A stretch of 64,000 nt of DNA from Torpedo marmorata. Its lineage: Eukaryota. The translations under genes were made by a program, and so were the position numbers. The notes under the pieces were generated by a model. It was not told where the DNA came from. It was given only the letters and a program-made list of their open reading frames with translations, and did not search any database. Shown here one piece after another: positions 41,400 to 55,206 of the stretch (its first letter is position 1; every line of letters starts with the position of its first letter). The DNA lies in assembly GCA_977017645.1 (NCBI GenBank), contig OZ360234.1, positions 16,368,001 through 16,432,000 on the forward strand, given 5' to 3'.

Positions 41400-42722
41400 A
41401 GCATTGAGTACTTGGACTTAAATTATTTAGCAAATGGATCCTCACTTCCTTTATCTTTAGATAAATCTATTGATCATCCGGTTAGTTAGGCACACTAAGG
41501 ATATGGGCCCAGTTCAGAAAATATTTTGGATTTTATGGTTTCTCTCTTTCAAGTCCTATTCTATCCAATCATTTCTTCCAACCTTCCTTACACGACTCTG
41601 CATTTCAAGAATGGCATAGAATGGGTATTAAGTGTTTTAAAGATATTTTTGTTGATAACTGCTTTGCATCATTTGAACAACTTTCTGAAAAGTTCAACCT
41701 ACCAAATACCCATTTTTTCAGATATTTGCAAAGACATTTTCTCCACTCTGATACCTAACTTTCCTGGTGTACTTGATACAAACATTATTGATGTGTTTTT
41801 TAATTTACAACCCACTCTTAAAGGTTTAATATCTGTTATTTAAGATGGCAGGTTTAAGACCTGCCCCTCTTGATAAAATTAAATCTGCATGGGAACAGGA
41901 TTTAAGCCTTTCATTGTCAGATGAGGTTTGGGATTTAATCTTTAAATTGGTTAACTCCACATCCCTCTGTGCCCGTCATTGTTTGTTGCAATTTAAAGTT
42001 GTGCATAGGGCTCATATGTCCAAAGCTAAATTATCTCGTTTTTATCCAGATGTAAATTCTTGTTGTGATAAATGTAAGAGATGAGGCCTCTCTTATTCAT
42101 GTTTTGGACGTGCCCTAGCTTCGAAAAATACTGATGGGTTATTTTCCAAACCTTATCCTTAATTTAAATCTTGAACCTAACCCTCTGGTTGCCCTCTTTG
42201 GTACCACTGGAGAGGATGACGTTCGTTTGACTCCAATTAAATCCCAGGTTCTGTCTTTTGCCTCATTTTTAGCCAGACGTGCAATATTACTAAGATGGAG
42301 GGATGCTGCCCCACCCACCCACGCTCAGTGGCTGAGGGATATTATGTCCTGTTTAAATCTAGAAAAGATTCGCTATTCTGTTAGTAACTTAAACATAAGG
42401 TTTCAAAACTTATGGGGACCTTTCCTGAACTACTTTCAGAACCTCTAGTTTTATTATAAAACCTGTCTTCCAACACTATTATATTACTCCAGGTACAAGG
42501 TATACTTTAATTATAGAACTTCGGCTTGGTAACGGGCTCAAGAGATGGGGGAGAAAATGAAAATAATATTCAGGATAAAATTGTAAGATGTTCTGTTACC
42601 TTATAAATTAGACAACTTTGTTGATTTCTTTATATTTGACATCTCTGTTGTGTATTTTACAAATTTTCTGTATATATCTGTTTACTTATGTAAAACTTAA
42701 TAAAAATATTTAGAAAGAAAAA
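41400..42722 (+). mobile_element. 5'-truncated L1, second family
   Basis: SLCARHCLLQFKVVHRAH, CDKC, LARRAILLRW, LEKIRY, AATAAA and A tail; 5' boundary approximate. Confidence 0.88.
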
Positions 42723-42949
42723 AAATGATGTAGCAATGAAGTTAGACTGATAATCAGACCTTAAAGAAAGCCAAAGTTTGTTGTGCAACAGGTTGCTTGC
42801 TGCTCTCATCTTTTTGGAGGCAGATTTACAGGGAGCTTTCTTCGTAGCCCAAGTATGTAATTATAGTGGATAATGCAGATTGTAGATAGTACACACTAAA
42901 GTCCAGGCTATTTAGAACAACTGAAGGGCTGTTACTCAATAAAGTTGCT

Positions 42950-43455
42950 CTCACTGTGATTGCAGGCTTGAACTTGCTGCAGCTAATCATTTCAATTCCT
43001 CACAGCATTCCCACACTGATGCTTTTTCTCAGCCTCTTCCATTGTCAGGGTGAGGCTAAACATAAACCTGAGGAACACATCATATTCCTCCTTGGCAGCC
43101 TTAAACCTAATGGCATGAAGATTGATTTTTCTAATTTTAGGTAACCCCCACCATTTGGTTTCACCGTTTGTCTCTTAACCTACCCGTTTTTATTTTTCTC
43201 TACATCAATGGTCTCTACACCTGTCCCACCTTTCATCTAATACCCTAACACCTTTGGGCCCCTCCTCAGCTCCTTTCCCCCCCTTTGTATACCTACTATC
43301 ACGCATTTAAAAAAAAAAATTTTGATAAAGGGTCCTGACCCAAAACGTTGACCGACTATTTTTACCCATGGATGCTGCCTGACCCTCAAGTTTCTCCAGC
43401 AGCTCATTGTTTGCTCAAAATTTCAGCATCTGCAGTCGTTATGTTTCTCTTTGTC
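42950..43455 (+). mobile_element. Decayed Penelope-like 3' fragment
   Basis: EEHIIFLLGSLKPNGMKIDFS GIY-YIG tail, decayed hammerhead TTGATAAAGGGTCCTGACCCAAAACGTT and terminal TGCTGCCTGACC...CTCCAGCA. Confidence 0.75.
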
Positions 43456-43751
43456 TTGAACAGTTTTGAGCTTGAGTCAATGGAGCTGTACAATCCAGGC
43501 AAGTATATTTCAGCATCTTCCCCAGTTAATGCCTTGTAGATGGGAGAAAGGCTTTATGCTGTCAGGAACAAGTAACTCAACCCTGAATATCAAGCCATTT
43601 CCCTGGTTTTGAAACGCATCGATTCTTTGATCAACGTTGGGGCCAAGAATAGCAGAGGTAGGAGGCAACGTGCAAAGTTGTCTTGGTACGTCCTGTTCAG
43701 AAAAAGTAGAACTAGTCTCATGTGGCCAGCAACCACCCAATCAACAAAGCA
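43116..43751 (+). repeat. 636-bp segment, source copy of a local duplication
   Basis: Appears identical to 47250-47885 at a constant offset of 4134; the ORF translations are identical. Confidence 0.95.
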
Positions 43752-44819
43752 ATGGAAAGTGTCAGCAACAGTGCCAGCATGTGGCACCAGCCCACCAATT
43801 ACCTGCTCACCAATGCCCGGTTTGAGTTTTCCCAGGCAGGACCACTTGACTTCATACATCAAACCTTTGATTCAAAGGAGGAAGAACCAAATGCCAGAGG
43901 TGAAGAAGAACAAGACAACGTTTGATAGTATGTGGCATCCATTGGTAAAATCAATGCCAAAGGGAAAGGACGCCAGTGGTTGAAGCCACAGCTCACAAAA
44001 GAAAATGGTTGATCATTTGCGTGCGTGCAAATAAGCAAGATGCAAGATCCAACCACATTTTTCTGCTTCTTCAATGACCCATTTCAATCAAATGATCAGA
44101 ACAACTCTCATGAAGCTTGACATAAGCAGTTCTGCTTAGGATCAAGAGCATCTGCTTTTTTTTGCTTTTCAATAGCAAATTTGATCTCATTTCATTTATG
44201 GGAAATTTAGATTACATATGTAAAATATTGATACATGTCAGGTATGAATTGGTTTCAGTTGCAATGGGTTTTAATTTTAGATCTAACCAAACTTTTAGGC
44301 TGAAGAGTTTATAGTTTTGATTGGTTAGGACTCAACCATCATTGATTGTCATGTCACCATCTCTACTGTAGAAAAGAAAATGGACTGCAGTGACTCACCC
44401 AAGCTACCCAACAGTATCTGGTGCATGGGAACTTCCTGCACATTTCCTTCCAAGTTGTGCATCCCAGTAGAAATATACCACTGTTCCTTCAACTTCATTC
44501 TCATTCACAATCCTGAACCAGCTTCCAAGAATGCCCAAGTTTTTTCACCAGCAAGTCTGCAGCTGTTCATGAAGGCTGTTCATTACCACCTTCAGGTTAA
44601 TTAGAGATGGGCGATAGACACAACACTTGCAGGTGACGATAAGGCAATGAAGAGTGAATGAGAAAATAAAAAGCCCTGGCCTGAATATTTGGTTCATGTT
44701 ACACACGAGCATCAATTATTTCATTTTCTGGGGTTCTGAATGAAATAAAATACTCTTCAATCATCAAACATCACCACTTCTCGTTGTAAGATGGAAGGAA
44801 GCTTAGTGACGAACGAGCT

Positions 44820-45393
44820 AAGTCCAAAAATCCGGATGCTAGAAATGCGGACACCCAAGAATCTACTTTTCGAAAACTCTCAAACTTTTTAAATTTAGCG
44901 GGCTTTTGTGTGCGTGCATGCGTAAGTGCCACAGATGCACAGCGGCAACAAGCGACCACAAGCAGTGCAGCAGACACAACAGAAGTCGCGGAAATGAATG
45001 AATTAATATTTTTTTTGTACTTTGTATTTTATATGAAAACGTTTCGTTAATAAACTAAAACTAAATAATTAATTTGTATGAAATAACCTGCTTTCATTTG
45101 TATACTCTAATTTTTGGTTACAATGTTCATTTTTAAACATAATTTCAAGCATTACATGCTTTTTGCAGTGAAAAAATGTTTTCTACATTTTTGTCAAGAA
45201 TTGACTTTATTTTTAACTGCTCGTTTTGATAAATGGAACATGCTGAATTTGCTAATGAATAAACTATCAAAATTTACCTATTAATCTCTTCTTTATTCCT
45301 CCTTAAATTTGAATTTTAAAAGTACTGCCCGAGAATCTGGAAAATCTGGACCGACCCAATCCCCGAGCAGTGCGGAATTTTGGACTTCTACTG
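44820..45393. mobile_element. Tigger/pogo-like MITE, left end truncated
   Basis: Right end reverse-complements to CAGTAGAAGTCCAAAATTCCG; left end AAGTCCAAAAATCCG; CpG-richer interior. Confidence 0.55.
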
Positions 45394-45544
45394 AATCGGA
45401 GGAATTCCCGAGGTAAGGTCTTGGGACTACCATGATTAACCACCTTCAATTACCAATATCTTCTTTTGTATATGTTACAACTTCACCAATGAAGTGCTTT
45501 CCCCAGTAGCCCACAACCTTCAAGTTTACAGTACCAGGACATTT

Positions 45545-45815
45545 TCTGACATGCTCACAAAATGTTGCCTTGATCTTTAGACCAAGGCTGTTGAGGTCTG
45601 GAGCCAAGTGAGAAAGTTATTAGTGAGTGACTGTCAACAATATCATCCATTATATTGCTGAGAACTAACAACAGACTCATTGAGCAGTAATTAGCCAGAA
45701 CTGGATTTGTCTTCTGTGGGTGCGACATACCTGGGCAATTTTCCATTGTCGGATCAGTGCCAGTGTTCTTACTGTTCTGGAACAGCTTGACAGGAGGCGC
45801 AGCTAGTCCTGGAAT
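45545..45815 (-). mobile_element. Old CR1/L2-group LINE RT fragment
   Basis: Decayed translation LAAPPVKLFQNS..TG...WKIAQVC...NPVLANYCSMSLL resembles the WK.A.V.P..K....NYRPISL motif. Confidence 0.6.
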
Positions 45816-46374
45816 GCCTCAATAGTAGAGACAGTAAACTCACAGTTAAGAACTGCAGTACTACTATTAGCCAGTCCAAGAAAATTTGCTTTCTCTTAAA
45901 AAGAAATGGTCTTACAAAACCGATTTAAAATCATGAGGTGTCAACATTGTGTGCATGAAACGAAAATAAAAATACTGAATGCACTGAAATATGCTTATAA
46001 AATTATACATACAAAAAGTAAACATTTGAATATTGCAGTTGCAATGACAACTTATGCAAAAATTCAGAAAGTTGATAATGATTAAGACAGGATTTGTTTT
46101 ACAACTTTCGAGTATAATCTTGTAATTCAGCACCTGATGACAATTTCAGTTAATTATGAATATACTCAATATTTAGTTGCACATGAAAGCAATCTTGTAA
46201 ATGGCATGCTGCATATTATTTACCCTTAAGCAATCACCCTTAACACAACTTGTACATATGGTAAGCGTCTCAGAACATCATTCTACTAGAAATTATTCAA
46301 CATTTTACTTTCTACCATGTGTAGTATGTTACAATTAACAATTTTAATTTTTTTTTATATACTTAATTTGATAA

Positions 46375-46720
46375 CGTCTGGCAAAATGGTACTGCTGCCT
46401 CAGTGCCAGAGAACTGACACAGGGAGCTGCCTGCATGGAGTTTGCTCATTCTCTTGTGACCACCTGGGTTTCTATTGTCACAGGAGTGATGTTCCAGTGT
46501 CCCCCCACACAGCTAACACATGCAAGATGGTAGATTAACTAGCTGTTGCAAATTACTCAGAATGAGTGGTAGAATATGGGGTAAAGGGGGGGGGGGGGGG
46601 GAATGGGAATGTGAAAACAGCAACAACAAAAAAAATAGGATGTGCAAATGGGTGAGTGATGATCGGTGTGGACTCTGGACTGAAGGGGCTTATTTTGTGC
46701 TATACATGGTATGTGACTAA
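46375..46720 (+). mobile_element. Old V-SINE-like element
   Basis: GCTGCCTCAG head, TGGAGTTTGCTCATTCTC core and CTGAAGGGGCTTATTTTGTGCTATA tail. Confidence 0.6.
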
Positions 46721-47113
46721 TTCTTCAATCTGATAGCTTCATTATTTTTAGTCACAAGGGGTTCCATAGAATTGATGCCTAAACAGCCATCAACATTGGA
46801 AAAAATGAAAAACACTAAGGATTTTGCTTAATATTTGTAGTCAACAGCAAGCACCATTCCTACACCAGTGTCCCCAAAATCCATGCTATTATTTCACTGT
46901 ATCTACAAATTTCTTCATTTTGTGTACAAAATCTTACATTTTGTGCACAAAATCTTACATTTTGTGCAAGAGAAAAACAGAACAATCAGCATTTTCACCC
47001 AGTTGAAACAGCTATTTTTATTATTTTTTTAATTGAAGTTAAATAACTGGTCAATTTATGCTCCAAGAAAATAATGTTTTAATGACCATTATAAAATGAT
47101 TTTTATGTCTCAC

Positions 47114-47168
47114 CTGGCATGGCCATTCCAGCTCGTTGAGCTATTTCTTCCATCCTCATATTCTCTCT
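47114..47168 (-). CDS. NONO: NONO-like internal coding exon (RENMRMEEIAQRAGMAMP)
   Basis: TTTTTTTTGTAG acceptor and CAG|GTGAGA donor; 55 nt, phase 0 to 1, in frame with both neighbours. Corresponds to the short REQEIRMGQMAMG exon of NONO. Confidence 0.85.
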
Positions 47169-47249
47169 CTACAAAAAAAATGCAGTGAAATCTTAAACCT
47201 GTGCTCTTCTTCCACTTATGAAAATATTTACAATGTTTAGATTGCACAC

Positions 47250-47885
47250 TGAAGATTGATTTTTCTAATTTTAGGTAACCCCCACCATTTGGTTTCACCG
47301 TTTGTCTCTTAACCTACCCGTTTTTATTTTTCTCTACATCAATGGTCTCTACACCTGTCCCACCTTTCATCTAATACCCTAACACCTTTGGGCCCCTCCT
47401 CAGCTCCTTTCCCCCCCTTTGTATACCTACTATCACGCATTTAAAAAAAAAAATTTTGATAAAGGGTCCTGACCCAAAACGTTGACCGACTATTTTTACC
47501 CATGGATGCTGCCTGACCCTCAAGTTTCTCCAGCAGCTCATTGTTTGCTCAAAATTTCAGCATCTGCAGTCGTTATGTTTCTCTTTGTCTTGAACAGTTT
47601 TGAGCTTGAGTCAATGGAGCTGTACAATCCAGGCAAGTATATTTCAGCATCTTCCCCAGTTAATGCCTTGTAGATGGGAGAAAGGCTTTATGCTGTCAGG
47701 AACAAGTAACTCAACCCTGAATATCAAGCCATTTCCCTGGTTTTGAAACGCATCGATTCTTTGATCAACGTTGGGGCCAAGAATAGCAGAGGTAGGAGGC
47801 AACGTGCAAAGTTGTCTTGGTACGTCCTGTTCAGAAAAAGTAGAACTAGTCTCATGTGGCCAGCAACCACCCAATCAACAAAGCA
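47250..47885 (+). repeat. 636-bp duplicate inserted with an 11-bp target duplication
   Basis: Matches 43116-43751; CACTGAAGATT at 47247-47257 and 47884-47894. Confidence 0.93.
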
Positions 47886-49773
47886 CTGAAGATTTCTAAT
47901 TACTCTCCAACGCAGCATGAAGCAGCAAAACCTTAATTATCAGGGCCTTGATGTACATCAAAAAGGAATTCAAATGTCAAAGGTACCAAGGAATGCAGCT
48001 CAGCCAATCACGTGCACTTTCAGCAGGAAGAGGAAATACTGCTTTTCCAATGCTAATGCCCAGAAAAGAATCTTACAAATAGGTCAAACGATGACAACAA
48101 TCTGAAACAAATAGCTGCACATTAATCCAATTCAGAGCACATAACTCACATGCCCACAAAAACCTCACCCCTCCTCAAAAAAAAGTCAATGAGCAAACTA
48201 GCAGTGAAATACACTACAGAACTTAAGAGCCTCTGATTCAATACGTCTTCACAAGCAAATTCGTCTAATGCTACAATTTGCTTTTTTTTTCCTGAATAGC
48301 ATTGACAAGTCCAGAATTTATTGTCTTATAATGCCCTGAAAAAGTTAATGGTAAGCCACCTTTTTCATACATTGCAGTGCCAGTGATGGTTCTCCCATTG
48401 TGCCATTGGACAAGACTTAGATCCAGCAACACTAAAGTACAAATGGTTTCTTTCCAAGTCTGAACACTATTCCACTTGAAAGTAAACCTGCAGGTGACTA
48501 TATTCCCATGCACCTAACATTATTCTTGTCATAGAAGCTACTGGTACAGTTGAGGTATCCAAACTGAATAACTGAAGTGTATTTTATACCAGATGAGGTG
48601 CTGATTTAGCAGGCTGCTTTATTCTGAGCAGTGCCATGCTTCCCAAGTGATGTAATGCTGCATTCATCAAGTACTCCAATACACTAGTCATGTGTCCCTT
48701 GAATATGATGGGGTTTCAGGTGGAAAGTCACTTTTATGTGCTCTTGTGGCCATGTTTGCATGGCTGGTCCATACAAGTTTCCAGTCAATGGCAAGGTTTT
48801 TGTCCATGGGGGATCTCTGCAATGTAACGTCATGAAACATACAGATAGGTGATTAGACACTCCCAAGTGGAAGACCTTTGCAGTATCAATGTTACTTGCA
48901 GCACCGCATCCTCTTGCTGAGGACTTGCAAATAGAATGGAACATTGGGGATGTTCATTGATTATTGCACTTTCTAATCTTGTGATGCAAGTTACAGTGCC
49001 CTCCATAATGTTTGGGACAAAGTCACTTTTTTCCTTTATTTGCCCTTGTGCTCCAGTTTTAAATTTGTATTCAAACAATTCACGTGATTAAAGTGCACAT
49101 TCCAGATTTTATTCAAGGTTATTTGTATACATTTTGGTTGGACCATGTAGAAATTACAGCACTTTTTATACATTGTCCCCTCATTTCAGGGCACAATAAT
49201 ATTTGGGTCATAGCAATGGTATGTATATTAGTCATGTTTCATACTATGCTGAATATCCCTTGCATGCAATGACTGCTTGAAGTATGTGATTCATAGACAT
49301 CACCAGGTGCTGAGTATCTTCTCTGGTGATGCTCTGCCATCTACTGCAGCTATCTTCAGCTCCTGCTTGTTTTAGGGGCTTGTCCCCTCAAATTTCTCTT
49401 CAGCATATGAAAGGGATGCTGAATTGGATTTAGATTGGGTGACTGACTTGGCCATTCAAGAATTTTCCAGTTTTTAAGCTTTGAAAAACTCCTTTGTTGC
49501 TTTAGCAGTATGCTTGGTATCATTGTCTTGCTGTAGGATGAAGCTCCATCCAATGAGTTTGGAGACATTTGCTCTAACTTGAGCAGATAAGTTGTTTCGA
49601 TACACCTCAGAATTCATTGTAACTGCTGATGGCAGTAGCAAAATGAAGATAAATGTGCCAGTACCTGTGGCAGCCATACATGCCCAGCCCTTAACACCCC
49701 CACCACCATGTTTCACAGATGAGGTGGCATGCTTTGGATCTCGTGCAGTTCCATTACACCTCTGCACTTTACT

Positions 49774-52700
49774 TTCTTTTTCAATCTTTTTATTAATCAT
49801 ATTATAGGTAAACAATACATGAGGAGAGTAGTACATAATCAAGAAGAAAAAAAAATCACTATATGACATCATATAATATATTGCATTACACCACAACTAA
49901 CAAATATGTTCTCAACTCCTCAAACTGAAATCTTCCAAAAACCCCACCTTATCTAAAAAAAACTAGACAGCCTATCCTGAGAATTTATTAATAAAATTAA
50001 TCGTCTGGTCTTCACCAAAAAAGAGAAAGAAACTAAAATTAAATATAGTCCGGAAGGGAAAATACTGTAATTATACTAACTAGGTCAGGTGGAAATAATT
50101 TATAAAAGGTCGCCAAGTCTCTTAAAATTTAACAGAAGTATCAAATGTACGACTCCTAACTTTTTCTAAACTTAAACATGACATAATTTGAGAACCATTG
50201 AGTCAAAGTAGGTGGATAAGAATCTTTCCATTTAAATAAAATAGCTCTTCTAGCCAACAATGTAGAAAAGGCTACAACCCGATGTATGGAAGTGGGAACT
50301 CGTCCCACTTCAGAAACTACGGTATAATTCCAAAGAGCTAAAATGGGTTAGGTTGCTAACTAATATCCAGTATAGCTGGCAAAGTCTTAAAAATATCTAT
50401 CCAATACCTCTCCAACATAGGAGATGACCAAAACATGAGTTAGAGAAGCCACTTCTGATTTACATCTATCACAAATAGGACTAACGTTAGAAAAAATACG
50501 GGCCAATTTGTCTTTCGACATATGAGCCCGATGTATCACTTTAAACTGAATCAAAGAATGACGAGCACATATTGAAGAGGTATTAACCAATCCAAAAATA
50601 TTCTCCCATGAATCCTCTGGAAGATGTAACTGAAGTTCCTCTTCCCAGGCCCTTTTAATTTTGTCATTAGAATTTGATTGCAATCTTAATAACTTATTAT
50701 AAATATTACCAATTAAACCTTTATGAGGATTCAAATGAAAAAAAAGTATCAATCAAATCCAGTTGGTACAATGTTGGGAAGTTAGGCAGTAAAGTATTCA
50801 GAAAATTTCTAATTTGGACGTATCTAAAAAAAGTGACAAGTATATTTATTGGATAATTGTTCAAAAGACATTAAGCTACCATCTATAAACAAGTCTGAAA
50901 AAGAGACGATTCCTTTAATCTTCCAAAAAGAGAAGGCTTGATCAATTATAGATGGTTGAAAAAATAATTAAGAGAAATGGCACTAGATAAAATAAAAATT
51001 TTCAAATCAAAGAACTTCTGACATTGAAACAAAATCCGTAATGTGTGTTTATTGGGTTGAAGGTATGCCTACTAATCTTGGAAAGTGTAAATGGAAGAGC
51101 TGCTCCCAATAAAGAGGCTACTAATTAAGAAAGATTATTTGAAGGAAGCAGAAAAATTAGAGGAGATTGAGATTATGGAAAAAGATTTACAGAGAAATAA
51201 ATCAATTCGTAAGAGAAACCGTTTAATGAGGAGGAAGTTACATTATAATTTATTACAAAGTTATAAAACGGAAAAGTTAATTGAGAGAATGAAACAAAGA
51301 TATTATGAATTAGGGGAAAAAGCTCATAAGGTTTTAGCATGGCAATTGAAAAAAGAACAAGTTTCTAAAACTATAAATGCTATAAAGAAAAAAAATACTG
51401 GTGAAATAACTTATAAACCCCAAGAAATAAATGAATCTTTTAAAGATTATTATCAGAATTTATATAGATCCCAGGTTGATCGGGATGATTTGAAAATTAA
51501 TAGATTTTTATCTAGAATTACTTTACCTAAATTAAATATTCAGAATGAAAATTCTTTGGATTTACCTTTTACGATGAGAGAAGTTAATAAAGTTTTATCG
51601 ACGTTGAAAAGTGGTAAATCCCCTGGTGATGATGGATTTTCAGTAGAATTTTATAAGGAATTTAAAGATTTATTAATACCTCCATATATGGAGGTATTGA
51701 ATCAAATTACGGAAACCCATTTATTACCAAAAACTTTTTTGAATGCTATTATTAGTTATACCAAAGAAAGATAGAGATGTATTAAAAACGGAGTCATATA
51801 GACCTATTTCTTTATTAAATGTAGATTATAAAATTATGGCAAAAATTTTGGCTAATAGAATAGCTAAATATTTACCAAATTTGATACATCCAGATCAAGC
51901 TGGCTTTATTAAAAATAGATATTCAAAAGATAATATAGCTAGATTATTAAGTTTAATTAATTTACATAAAAAGAAACAGGATTTACCACTGGTGGTAACG
52001 TTGGATGCAGAAAAGGCTTTTGATAGATTAGAATGGAATTTTTTATTTAAGGTGTTAGAGAAATTTGGTTTTGGGAATATTTTTATAAATTGGATTAAAA
52101 CTATATATAGAGAACCTACAGCTAAAGTAATTACAAATGGACAAATATCGCCAAAATTTCCTTTAACGCGTTCTACGAGACAGGGATGTCCTCTATCACC
52201 AGCTCTATTTGTTTTGGCAATAAAACCTTTAGCTGAATTGATTAGGACAGATCCTAATATAGTAGGGATTAAAGTAGGTATGGAAGAACATAAGATTAGT
52301 TTGTTTGCAGATGATATATTAATATATATGACGAAATCTATTACATCACTTCAACAATTAGCTATCATATTAACAGAATATAGTGAAATATCTGGGTATA
52401 AAATTAATTCAGATAAAAGTGAAATAATGGCTTTATCTCAAGGTGATTATACTAGGTGTAGAGAAGTTACGGAATTTAAGTGGGCAAAAGAAGGAATTAA
52501 ATATTTGGGAGTTAAAGTGGATACAAAATTAGAAAATTTATATAAATTAAATTATATATCTTTATTTACGAAAATAAAGAAAGATTTGGAAAATTGGAAA
52601 GATTTGCCTATAACTTTAATGGGGAGAGTAAATTGTATTAAGATGAATATTTTTCCAAGAATTCAATATCTTTTTCAATCAATTCCTTTTGGAATTCCAA

Positions 52701-54477
52701 TTTTTTTTTTTTTAAAAAGATTTAAAGTTTATTATTAGGAAATGTTTATGGAAAGAGAAGTTAGCAAGAGTGAGTATGGATAAGTTAACATGGAATTATG
52801 AGATGGGAGGATTGCAACTTCCCAATTTTCAATATTATTATAAAGCAGCTCAATTAAAATTTATTAATGAATTTTTTGATTTAACTAAAACTTCTGCCTG
52901 GGTTAATGTAGAATTAAATAATATAGGAGAAAATTATAAAGAGGATATTATTTATAAGTGGAATTCTAAATTATTATTAGTAAAAAAGAAAAATTCACCG
53001 ATTATTAAACATTTGTTGGAAATATGGACACAGGTAGATAAAGAAATAGGTGGGAAAGGATTAATTTCTTTAAATATGCCATTATATCAAAATCCACTTT
53101 TATTATTTACTATGAATAATCAGTTATTGAAAGCATGGTTTCAAAAAGGAATTAAGAATTTTAAAGATTGTTTTGAGGCTGGAAGATTTGTTACGTTTCA
53201 AAGATTGAAGGAAAAATTTAATGTATTAGATAATACATGGTTAGCTTATTATCAAGTTAAAGCTTTTTTGATTGAGAAATTAGGAGAAGATTTGATTGCT
53301 CCAAGACATAATGAGTTAGAATTATTAATAACTAAAGCAAATGTTAATAAGTTTATTTCTCAAATGTATAAATTATTTCAGAGAAAAATGCCTAAAGTAG
53401 GTTACATAAATCAAGATTAAAATGGGAATTAGATTTAAATGTTAATATAGCTGAAAATCACTGGAAAGATTTATGTAAATTAAGTATGACTAAAGTTATT
53501 AATGTTAGATATAGATTAGTACAATATAATTTTTTTCATCAACTATACTTAACACCAAAAAAACGAAAGAAATTTAATCCGACATTGTCGGATTTGTGTT
53601 TTAGATGTAAGAATGAAGTAGGTTCTTTTGTCCATTCTACATGGTTATGTCCAAAAATTCAAGATTTTTGGTTGAAAGTTAAGGATTTTTTAGATAGAGT
53701 TTTTAACGTTATGTTTCCAATGGACCCTATGTTATTTCTATTTGGAGATATTAGAAAATTTAGTATTAGGAATAGATTGAATATGTATCAGGTAGAATTT
53801 TTGCGAATTACTTTAGCTGTCTCAAAAAAATGTATTGCTATTACTTGGAAATCAGATTTAGATTTAAGTTTAGATAGGTGGCATGCAGAACTTCGTTCGT
53901 GTATTCCTTTGGAGAAGATTACTTACAATTTACGCAATAAATATCATTCTTTTTTAAAAATTTGGAGCCATATATGAGTTATGGGTTTAAGGATTTGAAA
54001 TCTCTAGAAATCAGGTCTATTGGCGAGTTTAACCTCCAGGATAAAATTAGTTTTTAGATGGTTCTCTCCTCACTATTAATCTATTTTTCTTTTTCTTTTT
54101 TTACTATGTTTTTTTTTATTATTATTATTCTTTTTTTTAGAATAGTGGGGTTGGGGGGGTTAGGGAAGGGTGGGAGGGGAGGAAATTTATATCACTTGTA
54201 TTTTGGAAACTACGTATTTTGATTTATGTACTGTGAGATTTAAAAATTTAAATAAAATAATTTTAAAAAAAGGCTACTGAATATCTCTGCACAGAATTCA
54301 ATTCCAAATCTACCCAATAAGGGTGTTCAAATTTATCAGAATAGTAGATCCAGAAAATAATATAGCAGATATTAACCTCCCAATAAAAGTCTAAGATTAG
54401 GTAAAGCCATACTACCATCTTTCTTTAATTTCTGCAGATGGAATTTACTCAATCTGGCATTCTTTTTATTCCAAATA
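49774..54477 (-). mobile_element. L1 3' fragment (minus) inside Tc1, split into 49774-51122 and 54271-54477 by another L1
   Basis: SICARHSLIQFKVIHRAH, CDRC, AATAAA at the left end; the reading ...RYSVASLLGAALPF rejoins across the inserted L1. Confidence 0.85.
51123..54270 (+). mobile_element. L1 with most of ORF2 (RT and CCHC), frameshifted, 5'-truncated
   Basis: KSPGDDGF, YRPISLLNVDYKI, LDAEKAFDRLEW, TRQGCPLSP, LFADD, CFRC..GSFVHSTWLC; 8-bp TSD AGGCTACT at 51115-51122 and 54271-54278. Confidence 0.95.
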
Positions 54478-55206
54478 TACTCTTACCATCACTCTGATGC
54501 AGGTTAATCTTGTGGTTTACATTTGGAGTGCAGCCTCTAATTTAATATTTAATTCTGTTCATGAAGTCTTCTGCAGACATCCACACCTGCCTCCTGAAGA
54601 CTGTTTCTGATCTGTCAGACAGGAGTTTGAGGATTTTTCTTTATTATGATGAGAAGTCTTCTGTCATCAGCAGTGGTGGTCTTCCTTGGCCTACAGAGGT
54701 CACCAGCATGCTTTTTCTTCTTAATGATGTTTCAAACAGTTAATTTTGGTAATCCTAAGGTTTGGGTGATGTCTCTTACTGTTTTATTCTTGTTTTTCAG
54801 CCTCAGAATGGTTTCTTTGACTTTCATTGGCCCAACTCTGGTCCTCATGTTGAAAAATGGCAACTATGGAGGTACCAAATGCGATCAAGAGAGCAAGCAT
54901 AGCTCTCTTATGCCCGCACCCATGAAGCAATGAAACATACCCGAATACTCACAAACACCTGTGAAGCCAAATGTCCCAAACGTTATGGTGCCCTGAAATG
55001 GGGGAACTATGTATAAAAAGTGCTGTAATTTCTACATGGTTAAACCAAAATTTGTACAAATAACCTTGAATAAAATCTGGAACGTGCACTTTAATTACAT
55101 GAGAATTATTCAAATACAAATTTTAAAATGTGGAGCACAGAGGCAAATAAAGGAAAAAAGTGTCTTTGTCCCAAACATTATGGAGGACACTGTAGGTCAT
55201 TAATGA

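Larger units (their letters stand above)
48994..55192 (-). mobile_element. Tc1-like transposon, decayed, carrying two nested L1 insertions
   Basis: TA-flanked TIRs CAGTG(C/T)CCTCCATAATGTTTGGGACAAAG with roughly 200 bp of further inverted similarity. Transposase motifs SVKHGGG..WACM, ILQQDNDTKHT and LEWPSQSPNLNPI. Confidence 0.92.

Noticed and set aside
51091-53977. Active L1 or domesticated RT
   Set aside because: No endonuclease or ORF1, and ORF2 is split by frameshifts.
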